In this document: one piece after another, positions 18,557 to 27,666 of the stretch
Layout: the number at the start of each line of letters is the position of its first letter
Numbering within the stretch: position 1 is the stretch's first letter
Origin: Nitrospinaceae bacterium
GTDB taxonomy: Bacteria > Nitrospinota > Nitrospinia > Nitrospinales > Nitrospinaceae
Direction of reading: 5' to 3'
Length of the DNA: 64,000 nt
NCBI GenBank assembly: GCA_965223665.1
Contig: OZ245011.1
Coordinates: 1,888,001 to 1,952,000, forward strand
The notes under the pieces: generated by a model
Told to the model about the DNA's origin: nothing
Database searches by the model: none
The model's input: only the letters and a program-made list of their open reading frames with translations
Position numbers and translations under genes: made by a program

Positions 18557-20140
18557 GTGACAGCCATTGAAAAAGATCCTGACATAAACTCGCCCGTCGG
18601 CAGGAACAGAACGCTATCATTAAAAGGCCTGGCTCTTCTGCTGTTTGCCGCAAACTTTGGGGTACGGGCACTGGCGGCTACCACCTCCCCCATCTTATAT
18701 AAAGAAGCCTACTTTTGGGAATGGTCCCGCTTCCCGTCGTTAGGCTACCTGGAGCACCCGCCGCTGGTCGCCTGGATCCTTTGGGCCTGTCGTGCGATTT
18801 TTCCGGACCGAGCCTTGTTGACCGTTCGCTACGGCGCACTGATCCTGGGCACGCTTTCGTTCGTGGTGATTTGGATGCTGGCCAGACGCCTCTTTCAAAA
18901 CGAAGACGCGGCTCCGCGAGCCATGCTGGTGGCCCTGGCGCTCCCTATTCTGACAGCGGTCGGCTTCCTGATGTTACCGGACGCGCCGCTACTTCTATTC
19001 CATCTGTTAGCCACCTTATTTTTCGTTCGTGCCCTGGAGACAGGTTCGAAGACCGACTGGGCGTTGACCGGATTGACGCTGGGGCTGGCACTGCTCAGCA
19101 AATTCATGGCAGTCCTCACCGTTGCTTCGTTTGTGGTGTTCCTTTTTGCCAGCCGATCCCACCGTCACTGGCTGTTTCGGCGGGAGCCTTACGCCACGCT
19201 GGGCTTGGCCCTGGCGGTTTGGTCGCCGTTTCTGTGGTGGAACTTTCAAAACGAGTGGGCAAGCTTTGCGTTTCAATTGGGATATCGACACCTGGGAAAT
19301 TTCGGTTTTGAGTTTAAACGTATTGGCGAATATCTCTTTGAACAATTTACGGTGGGAGTGCTATTGATAGTCCCGATTGTAGCGTCTCTGTTCGTCAGTT
19401 CATTGCGCTTTCCGGAAGCGTGGCGGCCTGCGGTTCTGCTCCTGAAGTGCCAGATGGCGACGGTGCTTGGATTCTTTCTGTTTACCGGTTCTTTCAGCGA
19501 AACCCATCCGCATTGGACGGTACTGGCCTATCCATCAGCTGCGTTACTTCTGGCCGGGATCTGGTCGTCCCAACCCCACTCCTGGATCGCGCGTGCCACA
19601 CGCCCTATGGCAGCTATCATGATCGGGGCGATATTACTAACCGGTCTCCTTTCCGTTCCGGCCCTAAGTATCCTGAAAGTCATTCAACCGGAAACGTTGG
19701 GCAAACGGTGGGGAAAAAAGATAGCCACCGCCCAGGCCAGAACTTTCGGATGGAACGACCTGGTGCAAAAAATTCAGAAACTCACCGCGGACCTGCCGGC
19801 AGGTAACAAGACTCGCATCTTCGGGGAAGGCTACCGCGAGCTCAGTACGCTCTCCTTCCATTGGGAGGGTGAACCCATTGTGAACCTGGATGCATTCAAA
19901 ACCCACGGCAGGCACATGGGCGAAGCGCAGTGGTTATATCTCCCGCGCAAAGATCTGTGCGAGAAGGAGGGAGTTTTCATTACTCGTGACTTAAAGATGG
20001 AAGCACCGCAACTCATGCATTACTTCCGTTCAGTGGAACCTCTCGCCTCCTTGACCAAAGAAAAAGGCGGCGTTGAAGTGAGCCGCTACCGAGCTTTCCG
20101 GGTGGGAGGACTGCGTGAGGAACTCTTGCAGGGAGAATGA
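18557..20140 (+). CDS. ArnT/PMT-like (GT-C fold) glycosyltransferase
   Basis: Multi-TM; EAYFWEWS...GYLEHPPLVAW, PDAP, GLALLSKF, HPHW; visibly more GC-rich than flanks. Confidence 0.9.
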   Translation: MTAIEKDPDINSPVGRNRTLSLKGLALLLFAANFGVRALAATTSPILYKEAYFWEWSRFPSLGYLEHPPLVAWILWACRAIFPDRALLTVRYGALILGTLSFVVIWMLARRLFQNEDAAPRAMLVALALPILTAVGFLMLPDAPLLLFHLLATLFFVRALETGSKTDWALTGLTLGLALLSKFMAVLTVASFVVFLFASRSHRHWLFRREPYATLGLALAVWSPFLWWNFQNEWASFAFQLGYRHLGNFGFEFKRIGEYLFEQFTVGVLLIVPIVASLFVSSLRFPEAWRPAVLLLKCQMATVLGFFLFTGSFSETHPHWTVLAYPSAALLLAGIWSSQPHSWIARATRPMAAIMIGAILLTGLLSVPALSILKVIQPETLGKRWGKKIATAQARTFGWNDLVQKIQKLTADLPAGNKTRIFGEGYRELSTLSFHWEGEPIVNLDAFKTHGRHMGEAQWLYLPRKDLCEKEGVFITRDLKMEAPQLMHYFRSVEPLASLTKEKGGVEVSRYRAFRVGGLREELLQGE

Positions 20141-20301
20141 ATTACACATAGTAATTTTCGTCAAAGACCCATCCGTGGCCGGTGGATCCCTGAATTTGCA
20201 ATTTGAACTTCTTAGCGTTTATCTTTTGTTCGTCTACCGGTCGCTCCTTAAACCATCGCAACTTTTAGTCCAGGACTTTTAAATTTAGAAAAATTAATTT
20301 T

Positions 20302-20772
20302 TTATTCTTCCTCCCGCTCCAAAACCTTCCCATCTTCGGAGATTTTAACTTCGTGATCTTTTCCTCCTTTTTCAAATTCGACTTCATAAAAAGTCTTATC
20401 ACCCTCAGTTTCCAGAGCCAGTTCCTTGATTTCTCCGCCTGCACTTTCGGTTTCCACGGTTTTTCTAACAGGGGCAGGTAAATCCTCCATATTCAAAATT
20501 TTTTCCATTTCCAAAATCTTTCCAGTGTCATCGACTTCCAGTTCGTGTTGCCTGCCGTCTTTGTCGTATTCCACTTTATAGAAATGCTTCTCGTCTTCTT
20601 TTTCGCAGGTAATTTTTTTAACCGTACCGCCTGCCGTATGCTGTTGTATCACTTTCTGAGCCGCGGCAGGCACGTCTTCGAATTTCACTTCTTTGGATAA
20701 CAATGCACAGCCACTTAACAGGATGGCTGCCACCAACAATGCTTTTGGGAAAATCCATTTTATGCGAACCAT
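20302..20772 (-). CDS. Lipoprotein with two PepSY-like domains
   Basis: Lipobox LLSGC; duplicated D(V/L)PAxxxK...FY(K/E)VE...HExxxxxxGK(I/V)L; alternative GTG start at 20781. Confidence 0.85.
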   Translation of the reverse strand: MVRIKWIFPKALLVAAILLSGCALLSKEVKFEDVPAAAQKVIQQHTAGGTVKKITCEKEDEKHFYKVEYDKDGRQHELEVDDTGKILEMEKILNMEDLPAPVRKTVETESAGGEIKELALETEGDKTFYEVEFEKGGKDHEVKISEDGKVLEREEE

Positions 20773-20991
20773 AATTTTCACCTGTGATGAGTTAATAAAA
20801 GCGGATATTTATTTATATTATCATTTAATCCGCCGGACCTCTTCCCCAAGTTTCGACGGAGTTAAACTTTGCGCTCCAGTGGTTTTGCAGATTCGGTATT
20901 CTTGAATGCGGTCTCCGTTTTTCCGGGATCTGGCCGGGTTGCTGAGGGATGCTCATGATAAACAATCTTTTTTGATCGATTTATCATTCGT

Positions 20992-22191
20992 CTAATTTCC
21001 ACAGGTCACCCATATTTCCGGTTGGCCTGAAAGGTCCTTAAATTCCGGTGCACGTTTGGCATCGGAAGTGTACATGGCTCTGCCTCCGTAGTGCACTTCC
21101 TGCCCGTCCACAGTGATCGTTCCTCCACGGCTCCTGGCCATGGGGTAACGCATGGCGTTGACCTTATCATTCACCTGGTCCAATTCATCCATTTTCTGTT
21201 GCAGGACTTTTTGAAATTCGTCCGGCGGCAAAGAATTGAACTTTTTATCAGGATACTTTTCCTGAACCGCTTTGGTCTCTTTTGCCGCCCAATGGTTCAC
21301 CTTGTCTTCAAGTTGTTTTTGAATAATATAGGGTGGCAGAGTGCGTTGTTCCGGGGTCAGTTCCCCCAGGAGCAAGTCCACCGTGTGAAAATATTGTTTT
21401 TGTTTGACGGGATGACTTTTGCTGAGAAAGAGGATTGCCGGGCGGCCTCGAAATGTTCCCGTCCCTGTGGCATCGAATTCGACAATCAAGTTACCGGTGC
21501 GGTATTCTTTGGTTGAACAATAATCGGTCTGAAATGTATGCGTCTTATTACCCAATTTCAGGGTCAGAACATTAGCGGAAGATTGTGGGTTGGACTGAGA
21601 CGCTTGAGCAAAATCCATCATTTCTTTGCCGCAGGTGAGATGAAAGTTCATGGGAACTTTTCCGATATGGTCTTCCACCATTCCTTTCCAATCTAAATTC
21701 CTGCCGGTCATTAACAAGGTGGGATTACTCACTTCAAAGTGAGATCTCTTACCAAAGTGAAATTGAATATTGCCTCTCGCATGCCCCCCGCTTATTGTTA
21801 ATCGGGCATTATCAAATCCCGGAGCCTGATCGGCTTGAATCAACAAGTGCCCTGTGTTTCTATCGTTAATTTCACAACGAATGACTTTCAGATGGAACAG
21901 CATCCCATCCAAATCCACCCGAGCTTCCCCATGGCCGGCCATCTCTTCTTCAAACCTTTGTTGTGCTCTTCTCAATTTAGCATCTTTTCGTCGGCGGTCC
22001 TTTTCTATCTGACCTCTCATCATATTTTCAATTCCTTCCAGTTGTTTTGAGTCTATCCCTTGCTGTTTCAACATATCAAAAACTTTATCCATCTCCTGTT
22101 GTTGGGATTTGGGCCCTCCTTCCACAGGAACCTGCCCGGTCAAAGCAATCAGAAATACAACTGGAATCCAGACCTTATATTTTAACGACAT
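20992..22191 (-). CDS. Hypothetical secreted protein
   Basis: GGAGGA RBS before ATG 22191; signal-peptide-like N-terminus; no recognised domain. Confidence 0.8.
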   Translation of the reverse strand: MSLKYKVWIPVVFLIALTGQVPVEGGPKSQQQEMDKVFDMLKQQGIDSKQLEGIENMMRGQIEKDRRRKDAKLRRAQQRFEEEMAGHGEARVDLDGMLFHLKVIRCEINDRNTGHLLIQADQAPGFDNARLTISGGHARGNIQFHFGKRSHFEVSNPTLLMTGRNLDWKGMVEDHIGKVPMNFHLTCGKEMMDFAQASQSNPQSSANVLTLKLGNKTHTFQTDYCSTKEYRTGNLIVEFDATGTGTFRGRPAILFLSKSHPVKQKQYFHTVDLLLGELTPEQRTLPPYIIQKQLEDKVNHWAAKETKAVQEKYPDKKFNSLPPDEFQKVLQQKMDELDQVNDKVNAMRYPMARSRGGTITVDGQEVHYGGRAMYTSDAKRAPEFKDLSGQPEIWVTCGN

Positions 22192-22482
22192 AAATCCTCC
22201 CTTGTTTTTCATGGAATTGCGGGCTCACATTACTGAAACCCCCAATGGTGACTCTATTTCGCCTGCTACTGGAATTAGGTAGTTATGATACCAGAATCCA
22301 TTATCTCACTCACGCAATTAAGGATAGTTAAATGAGTTGGGTTATTATCCTTCAAAGAATATTCTGAACAAGGTCTACAGGCTGATTTTCACAAAGCCTG
22401 CATTTGGAAATTCTACCGTTGCCTTTTTTGAAAATAATTAAAGGATATTTTTTTCTGAAAATTGACGGGGGGGAAATTAAGA

Positions 22483-22509
22483 AACCAGAGGTTATTTTAA
22501 CCTCTGGTT
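22483..22509 (-). terminator. Terminator-like hairpin downstream of cytochrome c gene
   Basis: AACCAGAGGTTA-ttt-TAACCTCTGGTT with A/T flanks. Confidence 0.7.
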
Positions 22510-22552
22510 CCTTTCTTCAAAAGGTTAGAAAAATATGATTTTTTTAAGGTTT

Positions 22553-23206
22553 CTATTTATAGCAATCACGAATTCTGACTGCGATCAATGCCGTCTTCGC
22601 TTCTTCACCCTTTCCTTTGATCGAAACGTGGGTTCTCATTAGTTTTCTTCGAGTTTTTCTAAAATAACCCAATACATTTTTATCTTGAGGTTGAATGATC
22701 ACCTGGTCTCCTGCGGCAGCCACATTTACATACTGTGCGCGATCAACTGTAATTTGAGGTTTTCCCTCAAGATATAAATTGTTTAAATCGACTTTTCTTT
22801 GTTCATTAAAACAAACCGTCATTGTCATCTGGCTATCGGCCAGGAATGTTTTAATATAGGAGATCACATCAAAAATCTGTTCGTCTGATAACTCCCATGA
22901 AGGCATGGCAGTGCCAGGAATTCCATTTCGAATAGAATGGTACATGGACATATCAGAAATACGACTCATTTGCTCGAAACTTGTAAAATCTCTGGGTCTT
23001 GGCGATAAACCGTCAGCCATAAACCCATCGCCACCCCCCTGATAACCGTGACACATGGCGCATCCCATTTCCTCATAAATAATTTGTCCGGAAGACTCCT
23101 GCAAGGGCTGGGGTAATACATTGGTTTTACCTTTCGTATGCGGGTGGGCAAAACTACTTAAAGGAAACCATAAAGTCACAATTAAAATAAACCAGAATTT
23201 CTTCAT
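22553..23206 (-). CDS. Periplasmic monoheme cytochrome c with extra C-terminal domain
   Basis: Signal peptide; CAMCH; PRPRDFT; GIPGTAMPSW (axial Met). Confidence 0.9.
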   Translation of the reverse strand: MKKFWFILIVTLWFPLSSFAHPHTKGKTNVLPQPLQESSGQIIYEEMGCAMCHGYQGGGDGFMADGLSPRPRDFTSFEQMSRISDMSMYHSIRNGIPGTAMPSWELSDEQIFDVISYIKTFLADSQMTMTVCFNEQRKVDLNNLYLEGKPQITVDRAQYVNVAAAGDQVIIQPQDKNVLGYFRKTRRKLMRTHVSIKGKGEEAKTALIAVRIRDCYK

Positions 23207-23528
23207 TTGATCTGTCCTCATCCTTAAATGTTTTTCCTCTCTGGATCCAAAGTTTCTTAGAGGAAGGGTACCAATAATATATTTGCAAAATATCAGATTG
23301 GGAATAGCAGGCTGTAAGTAGGCCTAAAAATCAAAACAAATTTTTAAAGGGGTTTATGATTTTAAGAGGGGTTCCATATTTTATATTAAAGGATACCTTT
23401 TTGAATTCAAGGTTTATCCGAGCCTGAGGTGATATACGGCTGAATTTAAAATTTAAATGCTTTGATTTTTGCAGGGTTTTCCTTTTTGATAACCCTGGAT
23501 GGGTTTTGGAGGGTCTCTTCACAGAAAG

Positions 23529-24242
23529 CTAAAACAAGAACAGGAATGCCGTACCTACGACATGGGCCTTAAACAATTCGTTTCCTTCGATGGTCCAATA
23601 CATATAGTACAAACTAAAATTGACACCTTGAACGACCTCTGTCGTGACTCCCGCTTTGGCCCGGTTCTGATTAAAATCGTTTGGCTCGGAATCGTAAAAA
23701 AATTCGTTTGAAACATAAATATCAAAATTGCAATATTCGTATTCAATTTTTCTTTTTATTTGAATTCGTTCCCGCAGTCGCAAACTATTCTCACCATCAA
23801 TATTTCTAAGTTCGAGACGGTTTCTAAGTTCGAATTGAAACCCAGCCCATTCCCCTTTTAAAAAGGGAATAATTTCTATTCGATGTTCGGTGGTTAATTC
23901 GTTCAGCAGTTTTAACCTTTGAAATCTATAATTCATTTCAAAGTCCACATGCTTAAACCAATTATATTTGGCTCCCGCAGTAAAATTGTATAACCCCAAC
24001 CGGCTCACATCACTCAGAAACCATTGTTCGGTTTTTAAATGAACCGCAAGTTTTTCATTCAATCGATGCTTAAAACCAACCTCATTCCAATACGCCGTAT
24101 CCGTCTCTAGCGTCTCCCCGCGGTTAACGATCCCCAGAATCAGAAAACCTGCCAGAAAACAAATCAGCAAACAAAACCTGCAAATAAATTTCAAAATACT
24201 TACACCCCTCAGGAAAGTGGTCCGCCTCCATAGCTGCCGCAT
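23529..24242 (-). CDS. Outer-membrane beta-barrel, DUF2490-like (start uncertain)
   Basis: EHR, LRNRLELR, LRLRER, SNEFF, FNQNR motifs; C-terminal Phe. Confidence 0.8.
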   Translation of the reverse strand: MRQLWRRTTFLRGVSILKFICRFCLLICFLAGFLILGIVNRGETLETDTAYWNEVGFKHRLNEKLAVHLKTEQWFLSDVSRLGLYNFTAGAKYNWFKHVDFEMNYRFQRLKLLNELTTEHRIEIIPFLKGEWAGFQFELRNRLELRNIDGENSLRLRERIQIKRKIEYEYCNFDIYVSNEFFYDSEPNDFNQNRAKAGVTTEVVQGVNFSLYYMYWTIEGNELFKAHVVGTAFLFLF

Positions 24243-24268
24243 TATATACAAATGTGGAGCCAAGGGCG

Positions 24269-24376
24269 ACCATACCACAGATGACCCGCGCCGGGTTCTT
24301 CCTCAACTTCATCGGGGCCGCCCTGATTACGGGAGTCATCCTGCTCGTGATTCCCTATTTGTTTTTTTTAGGTTAA
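24269..24376 (+). pseudogene. Orphan 3' fragment of a DASS/SLC13 anion transporter gene
   Basis: Translates TIPQMTRAGFFLNFIGAALITGVILLVIPYLFFLG*, matching the DASS C-terminal motif; upstream PPNA motif absent. Confidence 0.7.
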
Positions 24377-24402
24377 ATCGAGGTTTGCTTTGATGTTCAA
24401 AA

Positions 24403-27228
24403 TTAAGGATCAGGAGGAAGTTCCACCTGGGTTTCTTCCATTCTTTTCCGTTGCTCATCCAAAGATTTTTGAACGCGCCCCAAATTCTCCTGAAACGCTT
24501 TCATAAAAGTCGGGGAAATCCATCCTCCAAATCCTTTTTTAAAAATGGCTCTATCTTTGGAATAGCTCTGCCGTTTCAGCATCTTTTCCATAAGGATCAT
24601 CGAGGCATCGTTCTTTTGCCGCTTGATCTTTTCAAAAAAACTGGAGTATCTATTAGAAAGATCCATGCTGAACACACAGTCATACGTGTTCGGTTTTATT
24701 TTACTGCAGGAATGCGCTTTGGCACTGTTGATGGTGGTGATCATATATGGAACACTGGGGTTGAAAAAAAGCTGAAATGAAATACTGTGACCGGACAGGA
24801 CACGCTGAAAATTGAGGGACAGCTTACGCGAATTCACATAAGCTTGCATAATTTCCACTTCACCCACCGCACCGGCGGCCTTGGGCTTGCCTTCGTTCCG
24901 GGCCACAATCTCTTGAAATTCTTCCTCCATTTCCAATTCCAATTTTCGTATAGCGAAACGGCCTGCCAAATCCATACGACCCAATAAATTGGTATCCCCG
25001 CGAAGACTTAAATGCCGATACATAAACTCTCTAAACTCTTTAAACGTTACCGATTTATCTGTTATAAACTCTATTAGCAGTTTTTTCGCTTCCTTGGCAT
25101 CCAATTCGCGTCGTTTCCAGAATATTTTTATATTGCGTCGAAACTCTCTTCCTTCGAGGTCTTGATAACGGGTCGTGTATTTATAATGCCAGATCATTCC
25201 CGCCTGCAGCGCCTGTAACTTGCGCCCGAGAGTATTGATTTCTTCCGGTTCACCTTTGATCCTTGCATACAATTCCGGATCATAATATTTCGGTTCTGTA
25301 CGGATACGGCTGGCATTTTTCTCCGCCAATTCGGAACGGGTTTTAAGCGGTGAATTTTTTATAAGGTCCAGCGTCCAAGGCATTTTAGTTTGATAAAACC
25401 TAATGTTGCGTTGATCACAGGGAATGGCGGTTCGCGGAAGCGGTTGTTTAGAAGGAGGAGGGATTCCCAAGCGTTGTTCAACTATCTGATCAAAGGCGGC
25501 CAGATAATTTTCTTTGGGAGACACATTACATTTCTTAAACGTACCCAATCCTATACGGATCACTGTGCGTAATTTCTTTAAACTTTCTATCCTATATCCC
25601 ATTTCTTTTGCGGGAACGGGAAATAATTCTTCCGGATCATCCCCTTTCACATTTTGGAGGATAAATCCGACAGGCCGGTCTATCGGCGGCCCTGCGGGAC
25701 CCATAGGATTTCCTTGCCCATCACTGGCAACGTAATGAAACAGCAGTTCGAGGCTGGGCGCTAAGCCTTCTTCGTTCAGTAGCACCACTTTCGGGCAATC
25801 TAATTGACGTTCTTCTCTTGGGTTATAAATGTGAGAATCTGCGGATTGTTTGGGTTTCGGTTTCGGTGGAGATAAAAAAGAAGTTTCCTTCAAAAAGTTT
25901 TTAAGAATCGCTTCATCAAACAATTCTTCCGCTTCATCCAGTTTCTCAGGATAAAGTCGATTGATCTCCTGCAGGTAGCTGCTTTTGATTTCGCCTGCCC
26001 GCTTAATATCACACTGACTGATTTTCCCCGCACGTCCAGCAACCGATTTCGCCTGGCGGATGATCTGGTCGCGCGGCACAGGAGGGCCCTCGGATTCCGG
26101 GATAGCTACATGCGTCGCGGCGGGGTCGACATCCCATTGTTTAAACCCGTGACCGGCTTTTTGAATGGCTTCTTTGAAGGCGGCTTTATCCGATTTACCC
26201 AAACCAATGTAACGCAGGCGACCTTCATTGATGAGTTCCTTAATTTCTTCAGGATCGGTATTCCCCGGTTGGTTCAATTTCGCCATGGCTGCGGCAAGCC
26301 AGTCTCTACGTTCCCGTTTCATTTCAATAAACCGAAGAGCGATGGAAGAAGAAAATTGAAGTCCCAGATCCCAAAAGGCACGTCTCATTTCCTGCCTTTG
26401 CCAGTTATATTCGTTTTCTTTCGTGGGTTTAAAACAGGGAGAGATCGTTTTATTCCAAAGATCGATTCGTTCCTGTTTACCCATACCGCGGAAGGATCGC
26501 CCAAAGACCGGAACAAAATAATGGTCTTGAAATAAATCGGCCATAAGATGATACGGTCGGGTTCGAAAGTCCACCTTCGGATAATCTTTTTCGACTTGTT
26601 CACTCCACGCAATGATTTTTCCACAGGGGATGTCATAGGTTTTCCCAGGTTGAGGTTGTTCTGAAGGAAAACCTCTTCTTCCTGCGCGTTGGTTGGTCCG
26701 TCCACCGGAACGCCGGCGGCGGGTTCCCTCTCTTTGGGTTTGTTGTCGGTTTTCCTGTGGAACCCGGGTGCTCTGTTCTCTAGAGTCCGTCGAGGGCCGA
26801 CGTCCACTAAAAAAAACATCCCGTGAAACGAAGACTGCATCAAATGGTTTGCAGAAGCGGTTACCTTGAGAAATAAATAAGGTATCTCCCTGGCGATTCA
26901 GCGAAGCTTTGAATGAAAACCGATACCCTCTGGGTATTTTCCGTATCCATTTACCTCGATTGATTTTCCAATGGCCTCCTCTGGGAATATACCTTCCGGT
27001 AATCAGGTGGCTGCCTTCTTCTGAACCACCACCAAATTCATGTCTGTAATGAATTTCACCTTTCAGGTTATCGCGAGAAGTTTCCTGCAGAACGATTTCA
27101 AGAAAGTACTTTTCTCCGTCGCAGATCGCTGTCCCTTTCCAGGTGCCATTCATTTCACCAGCAAAACTATTACCTGAAAGAGAAAGGACTGAGAGGATTC
27201 CTATAAAAAACTTCAACAAAGTTTTCAT
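24403..27228 (-). CDS. Large hypothetical secreted protein
   Basis: Long ORF; signal peptide MKTLLKFFIG...NSFA at ATG 27228; small beta-rich N-terminal domain (GTWKGTAIC); Arg/Gln-rich linker. Confidence 0.8.
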   Translation of the reverse strand: MKTLLKFFIGILSVLSLSGNSFAGEMNGTWKGTAICDGEKYFLEIVLQETSRDNLKGEIHYRHEFGGGSEEGSHLITGRYIPRGGHWKINRGKWIRKIPRGYRFSFKASLNRQGDTLFISQGNRFCKPFDAVFVSRDVFFSGRRPSTDSREQSTRVPQENRQQTQREGTRRRRSGGRTNQRAGRRGFPSEQPQPGKTYDIPCGKIIAWSEQVEKDYPKVDFRTRPYHLMADLFQDHYFVPVFGRSFRGMGKQERIDLWNKTISPCFKPTKENEYNWQRQEMRRAFWDLGLQFSSSIALRFIEMKRERRDWLAAAMAKLNQPGNTDPEEIKELINEGRLRYIGLGKSDKAAFKEAIQKAGHGFKQWDVDPAATHVAIPESEGPPVPRDQIIRQAKSVAGRAGKISQCDIKRAGEIKSSYLQEINRLYPEKLDEAEELFDEAILKNFLKETSFLSPPKPKPKQSADSHIYNPREERQLDCPKVVLLNEEGLAPSLELLFHYVASDGQGNPMGPAGPPIDRPVGFILQNVKGDDPEELFPVPAKEMGYRIESLKKLRTVIRIGLGTFKKCNVSPKENYLAAFDQIVEQRLGIPPPSKQPLPRTAIPCDQRNIRFYQTKMPWTLDLIKNSPLKTRSELAEKNASRIRTEPKYYDPELYARIKGEPEEINTLGRKLQALQAGMIWHYKYTTRYQDLEGREFRRNIKIFWKRRELDAKEAKKLLIEFITDKSVTFKEFREFMYRHLSLRGDTNLLGRMDLAGRFAIRKLELEMEEEFQEIVARNEGKPKAAGAVGEVEIMQAYVNSRKLSLNFQRVLSGHSISFQLFFNPSVPYMITTINSAKAHSCSKIKPNTYDCVFSMDLSNRYSSFFEKIKRQKNDASMILMEKMLKRQSYSKDRAIFKKGFGGWISPTFMKAFQENLGRVQKSLDEQRKRMEETQVELPPDP

Positions 27229-27467
27229 GGCAAAAAATATCTCAGAATTTGTAAACACAATATATGAAGAATACGGAATGAACGCAAGCTTCTTGCCGGG
27301 AGTCTGATCTTTTTTTTCCATAAAATACTTAAACTATCTCAAGTTTTTTATTTGGCAAATATCATTTAAAAAAAATTTCTTATTGAAACTAAAAGGATTT
27401 TTAAAACACCTTTTTTTCATGACACCCTTTTAAGGCTGATAATACGGTTAATATCGCCTTACCCTAA

Positions 27468-27495
27468 TTGACTATTGTTAGACGTCGCCTATAAT
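27468..27495 (+). promoter_or_regulatory. Sigma70-type promoter for paralog 5
   Basis: TTGACT-16bp-TATAAT. Confidence 0.65.
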
Positions 27496-27666
27496 CCCTA
27501 CTAAAAAATTTTTCAAAGATTCATTTCAAAGAGGCGAATGGCCGTTCCTATTTTAGCTGGCTTAAAAGGGTTTTCATCCACATCAAAATTTGAATAGCCT
27601 CTTTAAATATTTTCAACCGTTCAAAAGTGATTGAAGAAAATTAAAAATTTCTTCGGGGGGAATCAC

